From positions 153,827 through 217,826 of the forward strand of contig CAWAYJ010000028.1 in assembly GCA_963786235.1 (NCBI GenBank): a DNA stretch of 64,000 nt. The letters are read 5' to 3'. Positions 9,320 to 19,172 of this stretch are shown one piece after another. Positions within the stretch are counted from its first letter, which is position 1, and every line of letters starts with the position of its first letter. Made by a program: the position numbers and the translations under genes. The DNA comes from an uncultured Gemmatimonadales bacterium. GTDB taxonomy: Bacteria > Gemmatimonadota > Gemmatimonadetes > Longimicrobiales > RSA9. The notes under the pieces are model-generated. The model searched no databases, was not told the DNA's origin, and saw only the letters and a program-made list of their open reading frames with translations.

Positions 9320-9636
9320 TCGTCACTACCACGTCCGAAATCGTGGGGATGCGCGTGGCCCGCACCCTCGGGATGGTACGAGGCAACACCATTCGGGCGC
9401 GGGCCATTGGACGCGACATCATGGCGGTCATGCGCGCGATCGCGGGCGGTGAGATCACGGAGTACACGAAGATGCTGGCGGAGTCCCGCGAACAGGCGAT
9501 CGACCGGATGGTCGAGGACGCGGAGTCGCTCGGCGCGAACGCCGTCATCGCCACCCGCTTCCAGACCAGCATGATCATGAGCGGCGCCGCCGAGATCATG
9601 TGCTACGGCACCGCCGTCATCGTCGAACCGGACTGA
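9316..9636 (+). CDS. YbjQ/UPF0145 (DUF74) family protein
   Basis: ATGA overlap with the anti-sigma gene stop. About 105 aa. MIVTTTSEIVGMRVARTLGMVRG...AVIATRFQTSMIM is typical of the YbjQ family. Confidence 0.75.
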   Translation: MIVTTTSEIVGMRVARTLGMVRGNTIRARAIGRDIMAVMRAIAGGEITEYTKMLAESREQAIDRMVEDAESLGANAVIATRFQTSMIMSGAAEIMCYGTAVIVEPD

Positions 9637-9656
9637 GCGCCGACCCCGGTCGTCGA

Positions 9657-9700
9657 CCGGCCGGCCGCGGTCCATTGCCCGCGGCCGGCCGGTTCCGTTT
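9657..9700 (+). terminator. Rho-independent terminator-like hairpin after the sigma/anti-sigma/ybjQ operon
   Basis: Perfect 14-bp inverted repeat CCGGCCGGCCGCGG-TCCATTGC-CCGCGGCCGGCCGG, followed by the T-rich stretch TTCCGTTTCG, 20 nt past the ybjQ stop. Confidence 0.5.
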
Positions 9701-9983
9701 CGCCGCCGGAACCCACCGAGGCACGCGACCGGGCACGGCTCGGTACCCGCTGCGACTCTCCATCAGATTGCGCGTCTGCCAGTCCCGGTCGCTCGTCTCC
9801 GGACCCCGCTGGATCCCGGTGTTGTGGCATCAATGCATTGTCATTAAACCATTTGGGGAGTGTGACGGGGCTGGGCGCCCGCTCGGGTGCGGATCTTGCC
9901 CGAACACTCCGCAACAGGGATTGGGCGCGGCGCAACGGCCGATGGGGTCCGTAACGCTGCCGGGCCCGCGGTCCGAACTGCCG

Positions 9984-10469
9984 ATGCGACTTCTGAAAAC
10001 CGAATCGCTGACGATCCGCATTGCCAACCGACGTCGGCGGGAAGACCGCCGAGAGCGGCACGTCCTCTTCTCGGACTGGCGCTGGGCGTGGGCCGGCCGC
10101 CGGACGCGGCCCCGTCGTGACGACGAGGCCGCCGAGTACGGCGTGGACCGCTACCAGGCGCACCTGTTGGCCCTCGCGATCGGCATCCTCGTCCTGAGCT
10201 GCCTGGACGCCGCCTTCACGCTGACGCTGCTGCAGCGAGGCGTGGCGAGCGAGGCGAACCCGCTCATGCGGATGCTGATCAACCATGACCGCCAGATCTT
10301 CGTGAACATGAAGGTGGTGCTCACGGGCGCCGCGGTCGTCTTCATGGTGGCGCTCGCGGACTGGCCGTTCGTCTGCGCCGTGCGCGTGCGCCACATCATG
10401 ATCATCACGCTGTTACTGTATGGAGCCCTCGTCGGCTACGAGTTGTTTCAGTACTTCGCCACGGGCTGA
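9984..10469 (+). CDS. DUF5658-family small membrane protein with Arg-rich cytoplasmic N-terminus
   Basis: ATG in frame. The N-terminus is RIANRRRREDRRERHVLFSDWRWAWAGRRTRPRRDDE. Three TM helices follow, containing ANPLMRMLINHD...NMKVVLTGAAVVFMV. Confidence 0.55.
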   Translation: MRLLKTESLTIRIANRRRREDRRERHVLFSDWRWAWAGRRTRPRRDDEAAEYGVDRYQAHLLALAIGILVLSCLDAAFTLTLLQRGVASEANPLMRMLINHDRQIFVNMKVVLTGAAVVFMVALADWPFVCAVRVRHIMIITLLLYGALVGYELFQYFATG

Positions 10470-10526
10470 GGCGCGGGGCGCCGCCGGGAGACGAGGCGAG
10501 GCGAGGCGACGCGAAAGGAGGCGCGT

Positions 10527-11231
10527 ATGCGGTTGCGTGCGGGGACCAGCGGCTTTTCCTACGACGAGTGGCGCGGAAGCTTCTATCCGCAGGATCTGCC
10601 TTCCGGCGAGATGCTGCGCTTCTACGCCGAGAACCTGCCGGCGGTCGAGATCAACAATACGTTCTACCGGCTGCCCTCCGAGAAAATGCTGCGCAAGTGG
10701 TCGGAGCAGGTGCCGGCCGGCTTCGCGTTCGTGCTCAAGGCCTCGCAGCGGATCACGCACCAGAAACGGTTGAAGGACGCGGGTGAGCCGTTGTCCTACC
10801 TGCTGACGACGTCGACCGTGCTGGGGCCGGCACTGGGCGCCCTCCTCTTCCAGCTTCCGCCCAACCTGAAGAAGGATGCGGCCCGGTTGCGCGATTTCCT
10901 GGCGCTGCTGCCGGACGGGATTCGGGCCGCGTTCGAGTTCCGCCACAATTCCTGGTTCGATGACGAGACGTACGCGGAGCTGCGTGCCCGCAACGCCGCG
11001 CTCTGCATTGCCGACACGCTGGATGGCACGACGCCCGTCGAAGCGACCGCGAACTGGGGCTACCTGAGGCTCCGCCGCGAGGAGTACGCCGATCGCGACC
11101 TCGGGGACTGGGCCACCCGCATCCACGCGCGTGACTGGGCCGACGCCTACGTCTTCTTCAAGCACGAGGACGCGGGGACCGGCCCGCGCCTCGCCCGTCG
11201 TTTCGCCACGGTCTTCGACGGCACTACCTGA
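10527..11231 (+). CDS. DUF72 (YecE-like) family protein
   Basis: MRLRAGTSGFSYDEWRGSFYPQDLP...FYAENLPAVEINNTFYRLP are the hallmark N-terminal DUF72 motifs. Confidence 0.8.
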   Translation: MRLRAGTSGFSYDEWRGSFYPQDLPSGEMLRFYAENLPAVEINNTFYRLPSEKMLRKWSEQVPAGFAFVLKASQRITHQKRLKDAGEPLSYLLTTSTVLGPALGALLFQLPPNLKKDAARLRDFLALLPDGIRAAFEFRHNSWFDDETYAELRARNAALCIADTLDGTTPVEATANWGYLRLRREEYADRDLGDWATRIHARDWADAYVFFKHEDAGTGPRLARRFATVFDGTT

Positions 11232-11295
11232 ATCTGGCGAGCGGCTGGTCCCCGGAGTCTGGCGTGGTGTGCCGGGCCCGCGGATATTCCGCCGC

Positions 11296-13071
11296 ATGAA
11301 ACGAACGGGTGGCGAGATCGTGGTGCGGGCGCTCGAGGATGACGCCGTCGCGTTCTGCTTCGGCATCCCCGGCACCCATAACATCGAACTGTACGACGCG
11401 CTCGCGACGTCGCCATCGGTGAAGACCGTACTGGTGACGGACGAGCAGAGCGCGTCCTTCATGGCCGACGCGGTGTGGCGGTCGAGCGGCCGGCTCGCGT
11501 GTGCGAACGTCGTACCCGGCGCCGGCCTGACGCACGCGCTCTCCGGGATCGCCGAGGCCTGGCTCGACAACGTCGCCATGCTCGTGCTCGCATGCGGCAT
11601 CCGGCGCGACCTGGCGATGGCGTTCCAGTTGCACGACGTGGACCAGGCGGCGATCGCGGGGCCGGTCACGAAGGCGGTCTTCCGTGTCGAGGAGGGCACG
11701 GAGTTGTACGCGACGATCCGGCGCGCGTGCCGGCTCGCGCGCGAGGCACCAGCCGGCCCCGTGATGGTAGAGGTCGCCGCCGACCTGTACCTGCACCGGC
11801 ACGCTTTCAATGCGGATGCCGAGCGGGCACGCGCCGAAGCGCCTGCGACCGTTCCGCGGATTCCCGGCGCGGAGGTCGTGGCGATGGAGTCACCGGATGC
11901 GGTGGACCCCGACACACTCGCTCGCGCGGCGCGCATCCTGAACGAGTCCCGGCGGCCATTGCTGTACGTCGGGCTCGGCGCCGCGGGTGCGGATGCCGCG
12001 TTGGTGCGGCTGGCCGAGAGTCTCGAGGCGCCGGTCGCGACGACGTTCCAGGGCAAGGGCGTGTTCCCCGAGTCGCATCCGCTCGCGCTCTGGCCCGGGT
12101 TCGGCGATGCGGCGCCGCCCTTCGCGCGCGAGATCGCCGGCGCCTGCGACGTCACGCTCGCCATCGGCTGCCGCTTCGCGGAGGTCGCGACCGGCAGCTA
12201 CGGCGCGGTGCCGCCCGGCCGGCTGATTCACGTCGACATCTCGCCGGACGTGGTCGGCCGGAACTACGAGGCCGCGGTGGGGATCGTGAGCGACGCCGCC
12301 CGCTTCGTGTCCGCCGTGCTGCCGGAGATCACGCGGCGCGCCGCCGACCCGTCGCTTCGCGCGAAGATCCGCGACGGCCTTGCCACGGTCCGTGCCGGGA
12401 TCGAGGCACCGACGGGCGCGGACGGTGTGACGCCCGCCTTGCTGCTGCGTGCGCTGCAGGCGCGATTCGGCCCGGACACCTGCTTCACGGCCGATAGCGG
12501 GAACGGCACGTTCCTGGCCATGGAGTGCCTCCGCCTCGACCGTCCCGGCCGGTTCCTCGCACCGGTCGACTACTCGTGCATGGGGTACGCGGTGCCGGCG
12601 GCGGTCGGGGCGGCGCTGGCCTGTCCCGACACGCCGGTCGTGGCGCTCGCCGGTGATGGCGCGCTGCTCATGACGGGGCTCGAGTTGCTCACCGCGGCCG
12701 CCGGCTCGATTCCCGTCGCTGTCTTCGTGCTTCGCGACCGCGAGCTGGCGCAGATCGCGCAATTCCAGAAGACGGCGCACAACCGGAAGACCGCGAGCCG
12801 GCTTCCCGATTTCGACCTCGCTCAATTGAGCGGCGCGCTCGGCGTCGAGTGCCTCGAGTTGCGGCGGGATGAGGACATCGGGGCCGTGGTCGAGCGGGCC
12901 GCGGGCATCGTCGCGGAGCGGAGACCGGTCGTCGTGGACGTGGCCATCGACTATTCGCGCAAGACGTACTTCACGCGCGGCGTGGTGCGGACCAACCTGC
13001 TCCGCCTTTCCTGGCCGGACCGGCTCCGTTTCGTGGGACGGGCCGTCGCGCGCCGGGTCCTCCCGGGGTGA
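11296..13071 (+). CDS. Thiamine-pyrophosphate-dependent enzyme (acetolactate synthase large-subunit-like)
   Basis: N-terminal TPP-pyrimidine domain (GGEIVVRALEDDAVAFCFGIPGTHNIELYDAL), a central domain, and a C-terminal TPP-binding GDGA motif (VVALAGDGALLMTGLELLTA). Confidence 0.8.
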   Translation: MKRTGGEIVVRALEDDAVAFCFGIPGTHNIELYDALATSPSVKTVLVTDEQSASFMADAVWRSSGRLACANVVPGAGLTHALSGIAEAWLDNVAMLVLACGIRRDLAMAFQLHDVDQAAIAGPVTKAVFRVEEGTELYATIRRACRLAREAPAGPVMVEVAADLYLHRHAFNADAERARAEAPATVPRIPGAEVVAMESPDAVDPDTLARAARILNESRRPLLYVGLGAAGADAALVRLAESLEAPVATTFQGKGVFPESHPLALWPGFGDAAPPFAREIAGACDVTLAIGCRFAEVATGSYGAVPPGRLIHVDISPDVVGRNYEAAVGIVSDAARFVSAVLPEITRRAADPSLRAKIRDGLATVRAGIEAPTGADGVTPALLLRALQARFGPDTCFTADSGNGTFLAMECLRLDRPGRFLAPVDYSCMGYAVPAAVGAALACPDTPVVALAGDGALLMTGLELLTAAAGSIPVAVFVLRDRELAQIAQFQKTAHNRKTASRLPDFDLAQLSGALGVECLELRRDEDIGAVVERAAGIVAERRPVVVDVAIDYSRKTYFTRGVVRTNLLRLSWPDRLRFVGRAVARRVLPG

Positions 13072-13171
13072 AGGCGGGCGGCGGCCGGGACGTAATGCGG
13101 TCGGGCACGCCGCAGCCACGTCGGATCACTGTCGGCGCGGCCCCGGCCTGTACGTACGCGGAGGCAAACAA

Positions 13172-13633
13172 ATGACAACCGTCTATTCGATCGTCCCGGC
13201 GGGCAAGGCCCCGCTGTTGTTCTTCGTCGGCATCGCCGTGCTGCTGCTGGGCGTGATGGCGCTGCTCGGCGCGACCGTCGTCGGCTCGCGCTTCGCCCGC
13301 TTCGAGGTGAGCGATTCCGCGCTTCGCCTCCGGGGCGACGTCTACGGGCGGACCATCCCGTTCGACCACCTCGTCGCGGACCGGATCCGGGTCGTCAACC
13401 TGGCGATGGAGTCTTCACTCCGGCCGCGCTCGAAGCGCGTCGGGACCGCACTCCCGGGGTACCAGGCAGGGTGGTTCCGGCTCGACAACGGCGAGAAGGC
13501 GCTGCTCTACCTCACCGACCGGTCCCGTGCGGTCTACATCCCGACGAAGGACGGCTATTCGGTGCTGCTCAGCCCGCACGACCCCGATGGCATGGTGGCG
13601 GAGCTTCGCGAAAGGGCGAACACGCGTGGCTGA
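13172..13633 (+). CDS. Hypothetical membrane protein with PH-like (bPH) domain
   Basis: ATG after AGGCAAACAA. One TM helix (LLFFVGIAVLLLGVMALLGATVV) is followed by a roughly 110-aa soluble domain. Confidence 0.5.
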   Translation: MTTVYSIVPAGKAPLLFFVGIAVLLLGVMALLGATVVGSRFARFEVSDSALRLRGDVYGRTIPFDHLVADRIRVVNLAMESSLRPRSKRVGTALPGYQAGWFRLDNGEKALLYLTDRSRAVYIPTKDGYSVLLSPHDPDGMVAELRERANTRG

Positions 13634-13685
13634 CGCCTGCGGGTGGCCCGGCGATTTCCGCCGGGCCGCTTCCATCCCGCCGGGT

Positions 13686-14474
13686 TCAACCGCCTCGTAG
13701 CCGCTGGAGCGCCTGCCGCGCCTGCCGGTTGTTCGGCTGCAGCTGGAGGGCGCGCTCGAAGCTCGCGATCGCCTTCTCCCGATCTCCCGCCTGCGTGTAC
13801 AGTTGTCCGAGCGACACGGCCGCCGTCACGTCGTCCGGGTACTGCTCCGCGTTCACCTCGAGCATCGCGATCGCCTCGGCGCTGCGGCCCGAGCCCGCGA
13901 GCGTGCGTCCCAACTCGTTCAACGCAATCGCGCTGAAGTCGTACGCGCCCGTGCCGTAGTACTGCTCGCGCAGTTCGTGGTAGCGCGTGATCGCCGCGTC
14001 CACGCCGAACTTGTCGATCGCCTGCGTGAGGTCCGCCGCCAGCGTGATCGGCCGGGACAGCCCGTGGTGACAGGTCACGCACGATACGTCGAGCGATGGC
14101 TGGTCCCGCTCCGGCAGCCGTGGCAGGGTCGAATCGTTCAGCATGGCCACCATCTTCATCATGAAGCGGGCCTTCACCTTGTCCGGGTCGTCGTCCGTCT
14201 TGAAGTCTGTGCCTTCGAGCCCGCCGCCGCCGTTCCCCGGATGGCAGTACTGGCAGCGCACGCCGAGCGCCAGCGCGAAGCCGCGCATGATGCCCGTCAG
14301 CTCCTCACGCGAAATGTCCTTCGGCAGGACCTGCAGGTTCTCGAACGTGTCCGGGATCTGCGCGGCGGCCGGCGCCGGACCGCTGGCGAGGCACCACGAG
14401 GATACGGCCATGAATGTGGCCGGCATCCAGGAGCGCAACGCGCAATGTCGTGGGAAACGGGTGCGATTCGACAT
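13686..14474 (-). CDS. c-type cytochrome domain fused to C-terminal TPR repeats
   Basis: Signal peptide, then two CxxCH heme-binding motifs (CQYCH, CVTCHH). The C-terminus carries TPR-like repeats (...AIALNELGRTLAGSGRSAEAIAMLEVNAEQYPDDVTAAVSLGQLYTQAGDREKAIASFERALQLQPNN). Confidence 0.65.
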   Translation of the reverse strand: MSNRTRFPRHCALRSWMPATFMAVSSWCLASGPAPAAAQIPDTFENLQVLPKDISREELTGIMRGFALALGVRCQYCHPGNGGGGLEGTDFKTDDDPDKVKARFMMKMVAMLNDSTLPRLPERDQPSLDVSCVTCHHGLSRPITLAADLTQAIDKFGVDAAITRYHELREQYYGTGAYDFSAIALNELGRTLAGSGRSAEAIAMLEVNAEQYPDDVTAAVSLGQLYTQAGDREKAIASFERALQLQPNNRQARQALQRLRGG

Positions 14475-14650
14475 CGTGGCTCCGGGGTTCCGGGATCGTC
14501 GGGGTTGGCCGGGATCGCGCCGCGCCGCCGCGACTCGTCGGCGGAGGGGCGCGCACGGAATGGAACGCACGAAGGTACCTGGAAGTTGACGCGTCGGTCA
14601 TGCGGCCGTGGCCGGAGGCGACCCGGACGGCCGCCTCCGGCCACGGCGCA

Positions 14651-17260
14651 TCAGTGATTCTCGAAGCGATCGTCCTGGCTGCAAACGGGCTCGTCGAGCT
14701 GCTGCAGCCAGGCGCGTGCCGCAGGCGAGCTCAGCCATTGCCGCGAGCCGAGCCAGTCCATGCCGGGATCGCCGATGGGCGCGCCCGGCGGTGCGTCCGG
14801 CGCGGCAAGCGGCGTGGCGGCCGCGGCCGGGCGTTCCATGAAGCGCCGGATGTCCTGGACGAGGAGCAGGCGGTGCGCGACCTCCTCGACGTCGCCCGAA
14901 GTCGGCGGCAGGGCGGCGTTGTCCGCGATCCGGCTCAGTCGGAACGTCGCGATGGCGCGGACCTGCGGCATCGGAGCGCCGGCGGCGAGCATCATGAGCC
15001 GGTCGGCGACCACGCGTTCGACGGCGCGCTTGATCTCCGCCTCGTACGCGTTGGCCACGCGCGCGCCGAACGTCGCGCCGACGAGCCGGTCGATCACATC
15101 GGCCAGACCCGGTTGCGCGGGTTCGAGCGCGTGCTGCTCGACCATGCGGGCGGCGCGCTCGGCGTTCAGGATGTCGCCGACCGTGAGGTCCGCCGCGACG
15201 ACGGCCGGCGTGATCGCGTCGAACATGTCGCCCGTGTAACGCGGGAACAACTCGCGGTTGCGGCCCCAGCCGGACGGCCGCGGCGGCACGAGGCTCCGGA
15301 TGTTGTCCGGGATCGCCAGCGCTGACGGCCGGATGGTGGCGAGCAGCGCATCAAGCGCCGCACTCTGCTCGGCGGCCGGCACCATGCTGACCGGCTCGCG
15401 GCCATCGCCGCGGAACGCGTAGATGTAGTGGATCCCGCCGAGCGCGGACGCGGTGGCATCGACCTGGTAGCGGTGGTACATGTAGAGCGGGACGAGCACG
15501 TCCTCGAGGGTGGCCATGGGCTGGCCGTTCCGGATTGCGGTCTCGCCGAAGCGGGCGAGTGCGGTGCGCCGGATCTCCATCATCCGGTTCAGTTCCGCGG
15601 CGGCATCCGTGCCGTTCGACCACTGGTCGACGAGCGGATTGGCCTCCATGTCCTGGTTGGACAGGTAGCGGAGGTCGCGGTCCCACGCGTCGTCGAGGAG
15701 CTTGTCCAGCGCGGAGTCCTCATTCACTCCGGCCGGGAAGTCCTGGTAGCCCCACGTGATGGCGACCGAGTCCCACTCGCCGATGCCGCGCTCGTAGACC
15801 TGCGACGTGTCGAGCGTGCCGTCGGAGCGCAGTGTCAGGAGCGGCTGCGGGTAGTCCATCACCGAGATGCGGCCGGCGCGGCTGTCGTAGTAGTTGTGCC
15901 CGAAGCCGAGCGTGTGGCCGACCTCGTGGGCGCCGAGCTGCCGGATGCGGGCGAGCGCCCATTCCTCCAGTTCGGGTGGTGTCTCGTCCCCGTTCCGGTA
16001 CGGCGAGAGCAGGCCTTCCGCGATCATGTAGTCCTGGCGGATGCGGAGCGACCCGAGCGACACGACGCCCTTGATGATCTCGCCGGTCCGCGGGTCCGTG
16101 ACCGAGCTGCCGTAGCTCCAGCCGCGCGTGGAGCGGTGGACCCAGTTGATCACGTTGTAGCGCGCATCGAGCGGGCTGATGCTGTCGGGCCGGAGCTCGA
16201 CCCGGAACGCGTTCCGGTAGCCAGCGGCCTCGAAGGCCTGGTTCCACCAGCCCGCGCCCTCGAGGAGCGCCGAGCGGATGGGCTCCGGCACCCCCGGATC
16301 GAGGTAGTAGACGATCGGCTTGACCGGATCGCTCACGGCCGCGGCCGGATTCACTTTCTCCAGCCGGTGGCGCCGCGTCCAGCGCTGCGTCATGGACTGG
16401 CCGAGCGGGGCGGAGTAGTCATCGTACGAGAGTGCGCCGAAGCCGCTCCGCGGGTCGTACCTCCTCGGCGTGTAGTTGTCATCCGGCAATTGTACGATGG
16501 AGTGGTGGACGCGGATGCTCGCGGCCTCGCCGCTCGCCGCCACGCTCGACACGCCCTCGAAGAACGCGCCGCCCCGACCGCCGCCGGCGCCCGGCTGCGA
16601 CACGAACGTCAGCTCGACTTCCATCTCGGTGTTGATCGGGAAGGCCTTCGTCAGCGGCAGGTAGACCGAGCTCCGGCTCGTGTCCAGCCGGTAGCTGCCG
16701 GGTCGGAGCTGCTGCCCGATGCCGGTGTCGCGGATGAGGAAGTCGGTCAGGTCCACGAGCACCCGGTCGCCGGTCTCGGCGCCGACCGTGAAGCCCCAGA
16801 GCACGGAGCGCGCGAAGGCGTCCGTTACCGCCCGGACTTCGGACGGATTCGTGCTGCTCGCACGGAACCGGTAGTTCGGCTGGACCATGAGCACGCGCGG
16901 CCCGTGCCTCTCGAACTTCACGATCCGTGACCCCTGGAGCGCACCGCGGTCGAGCCCGATGTCATTCGAGCCGAGACCCGCGCCGAGCCCCGTGAGGTGC
17001 AGCACCTCGGTGTCGAAGCGCGCGATCTCCATCCAGAGCCGGCCGCTCGACGCCTCGTAGTAGATCGGGAAGAAGCCGTCCATCTTCTGCATGCCCGCCG
17101 TCTTCTCTTCGATCGACGGGATCGCGGCGGCCGCCTGCGTCCGGCCCGCCGCCTGCGCGGCCACCGGCCCGGCAAGCGCCAGCAGCGCCAGCGCGGAGCC
17201 GAGCGTCATGCGCAAACCGCAGCGAGTGCGGCGCCGGTCGCGTGTCTCGAATGCCATCAT
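14651..17260 (-). CDS. Large secreted zinc-dependent metalloprotease (HExxH; DUF4953-type)
   Basis: Signal peptide (MTLGSALALLALAGPVAAQA; alternative start 17209). About 850 aa. Zinc site AHEVGHTLGFGHNYYDS. The upstream part of the listed ORF (to 17836) is Arg/Gly-rich non-coding-like sequence. Confidence 0.8.
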   Translation of the reverse strand: MMAFETRDRRRTRCGLRMTLGSALALLALAGPVAAQAAGRTQAAAAIPSIEEKTAGMQKMDGFFPIYYEASSGRLWMEIARFDTEVLHLTGLGAGLGSNDIGLDRGALQGSRIVKFERHGPRVLMVQPNYRFRASSTNPSEVRAVTDAFARSVLWGFTVGAETGDRVLVDLTDFLIRDTGIGQQLRPGSYRLDTSRSSVYLPLTKAFPINTEMEVELTFVSQPGAGGGRGGAFFEGVSSVAASGEAASIRVHHSIVQLPDDNYTPRRYDPRSGFGALSYDDYSAPLGQSMTQRWTRRHRLEKVNPAAAVSDPVKPIVYYLDPGVPEPIRSALLEGAGWWNQAFEAAGYRNAFRVELRPDSISPLDARYNVINWVHRSTRGWSYGSSVTDPRTGEIIKGVVSLGSLRIRQDYMIAEGLLSPYRNGDETPPELEEWALARIRQLGAHEVGHTLGFGHNYYDSRAGRISVMDYPQPLLTLRSDGTLDTSQVYERGIGEWDSVAITWGYQDFPAGVNEDSALDKLLDDAWDRDLRYLSNQDMEANPLVDQWSNGTDAAAELNRMMEIRRTALARFGETAIRNGQPMATLEDVLVPLYMYHRYQVDATASALGGIHYIYAFRGDGREPVSMVPAAEQSAALDALLATIRPSALAIPDNIRSLVPPRPSGWGRNRELFPRYTGDMFDAITPAVVAADLTVGDILNAERAARMVEQHALEPAQPGLADVIDRLVGATFGARVANAYEAEIKRAVERVVADRLMMLAAGAPMPQVRAIATFRLSRIADNAALPPTSGDVEEVAHRLLLVQDIRRFMERPAAAATPLAAPDAPPGAPIGDPGMDWLGSRQWLSSPAARAWLQQLDEPVCSQDDRFENH

Positions 17261-17280
17261 GATCTGGCCTCCTGCGAGTG

Positions 17281-18222
17281 TCAGGCGCCGGCGACCGGAG
17301 TCAGCCAGCCGTGGGTGTCTTCGCTGCGCCCCTGCGCGATATCGAGGAAGCGTCGCTGGATTTCCCCCGTGACCGGGCCCCTCGAGCCGCTGCCGATCGG
17401 GATGCGGTCCACGCTCCGGATGGGTGTGACTTCCGAAGCGGTGCCCGTGTAGAACAGCTCGTCCGCCGCGTACAGCGTCTCGCGAGGTACGGGCTGCTCG
17501 CGCACCGTCAAGTCGAGGTCGCGCGCGATCACCATGACGCTGTGCCGCGTGATGCCCGCCAGCGATGTTCCGTCCAGCGTCGGCGTAATCAGCAGCCCAT
17601 CCCGCACGAGGAACAGGTTCTGTCCGCTCCCCTCGCTTACCAGCCCTTCCGGGCCGAGCGCGATCGCGTCCGCGTACCCGTTGACCACCGCTTCCATCTT
17701 CATCAGCTGCGGATTGTTGTAATGCCCCGCGCTCTTGGCCGCCGACGGGTACGTATTCGGCGCGGCGCGGTTCCAGCTCGCCACGCACACATCGACGCCC
17801 GACTCGAGCGCCTCCTCGCCCAGATACGTGCCCCACGGAAACGCGCAGATGTACGTCTCCACGGGGCTGCCGGCCGGATACATCCCGGCGGCTCCGTAGC
17901 CGCGCAGCACCATGGGCCGGATGTAGCAGGCATCGAGGCCGTTGCGGATGACCGCATCGCAGCAGGCCTGCTCGATGTGCTCCTGCGTGTAGCCGACGTC
18001 AATGCGGTAGATCTTGCAGGAATCGAACAGCCGCCGGATGTGGTCACGCAGCCGGAAGATGGCCGGTCCGCCGGGCGTGACGTAGGCGCGGATGCCCTCG
18101 AAGATCGAGTTGCCGAACTGCACGGCGAGGCTCAAGACGTGCACGCGGGCGTCCGCCCACGGGATGAACTCGCCCTGCCGCCAGATCCATTCCGATTCGT
18201 TGATGCCGGAGCCCGTGTGCAT
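17281..18222 (-). CDS. ilvE: Branched-chain amino acid aminotransferase
   Basis: 313 aa. Class IV aminotransferase blocks (FGNSIFEGIRAY, LVRDGLLITPTLDGTSLAGITR, ADELFYTGTASEVTPI). Confidence 0.9.
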   Translation of the reverse strand: MHTGSGINESEWIWRQGEFIPWADARVHVLSLAVQFGNSIFEGIRAYVTPGGPAIFRLRDHIRRLFDSCKIYRIDVGYTQEHIEQACCDAVIRNGLDACYIRPMVLRGYGAAGMYPAGSPVETYICAFPWGTYLGEEALESGVDVCVASWNRAAPNTYPSAAKSAGHYNNPQLMKMEAVVNGYADAIALGPEGLVSEGSGQNLFLVRDGLLITPTLDGTSLAGITRHSVMVIARDLDLTVREQPVPRETLYAADELFYTGTASEVTPIRSVDRIPIGSGSRGPVTGEIQRRFLDIAQGRSEDTHGWLTPVAGA

Positions 18223-18435
18223 GCGTCCGCTCTTCGTTGTGGGTTCGCCGCGGGGGTTTCGTGTGAGGCGGGTAGTTTGGCAGGCGACGTCGCCCCGCGA
18301 AAGTCCCGGCCCCCTTCATGGGGAGGGCAGGGCAGCGCGCAACGGCGACCCGGGCGTTGCCGCGTGGTGCGGGCCGGGCCGGGCCGGGGCGGTGCGCTGT
18401 CAGGCCAACCGGATTCGGCGGAGGCGTGGGGTGGA

Positions 18436-18885
18436 TCAGGCCGAGGTCACCGTACCGGCCGGCTCGACCTCGACCTGGATGTCGATCCCCTGCCGCACGC
18501 TGGCCGTGACGATGCAGAAATCTTCGAAGAGCTGCTGGCAGCGTTTGAGCCGCTCCATGTCTTCGGCCGCCATGTCGGGCGCCAGACGTACCTTCAGCCG
18601 CGTCACGCGGAGCCGCCCTTTCTCGTTGCGTTCGACGGTCGCATCGACCTCTACACCGATGTCTCGCACTTCCGCGCGTGCCTTGCGCAGGCAGAAGATC
18701 AGGCTCGAAGCCAGGCATTGCGCCGTCGCCGCGGCCAGCATCCGCGACGCAGCCGGACCCTCGCCGCCACCGAGCGGCGGCGGCTCGTCCACCGCCAGGT
18801 CGGGCACGCCCTCCATCCCGAAATCGACCAGGAACCGGTAGTCGCCCTGGTGGTCGAGCCGGAGCGTGAATGTGCGGTCGTCCAT
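18436..18885 (-). CDS. OsmC/Ohr family peroxiredoxin-like protein
   Basis: About 150 aa. GMEGVPDLAVDEPPPLGGGEGP and RMLAAATAQCLASSLIFCLRKA carry the two conserved Cys of OsmC. Confidence 0.8.
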   Translation of the reverse strand: MDDRTFTLRLDHQGDYRFLVDFGMEGVPDLAVDEPPPLGGGEGPAASRMLAAATAQCLASSLIFCLRKARAEVRDIGVEVDATVERNEKGRLRVTRLKVRLAPDMAAEDMERLKRCQQLFEDFCIVTASVRQGIDIQVEVEPAGTVTSA

Positions 18886-18975
18886 CCTGTCCCCCTTCAA
18901 TCGGCGGGTCGGCGATCCGTGTCGCCGCACTCGCACCTTGGATTCCCGCGCCGGGGCGGCGGTTCCCGCCTGGCG

Positions 18976-19146
18976 TCAATCCCTGCCGTGCCGGCGGAGC
19001 AGCGCCGGCAGCGACACGGCCGAAACGAAAACGCCGGCGAGCACGAGCACGACTCCCGCCATGAACAGTCCGACGATCGCCGGACCCGCCGTGAAGATCG
19101 CGGGCGCGACGCAGCAGAGGCCGGCCGCCGTCAGCGCGATGGCCAC
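18976..19146 (-). CDS. Hypothetical small membrane protein
   Basis: 57-aa hydrophobic ORF (VAIALTAAGLCCVAPAIFTAGPAIVGLFMAGVVLVLAGVFVSAVSLPALLRRHGRD) between the cytochrome and OsmC genes. GTG start. Weak support. Confidence 0.25.
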   Translation of the reverse strand: MAIALTAAGLCCVAPAIFTAGPAIVGLFMAGVVLVLAGVFVSAVSLPALLRRHGRD

Positions 19147-19172
19147 GAGCGAGGCGCGGGAAACGGGCCGGC

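Noticed and set aside
10413-12164. 583-aa minus-strand ORF antisense to DUF72/TPP enzyme
   Set aside because: Ser/Ala/Arg-rich low-complexity. It overlaps two good plus-strand genes.
18223-18435. GC-rich intergenic hairpin (GCAACG-N10-CGTTGC) downstream of the OsmC gene as a terminator
   Set aside because: The stem is only 6 bp with a 10-nt loop and no U-tract, so it is too weak to call.
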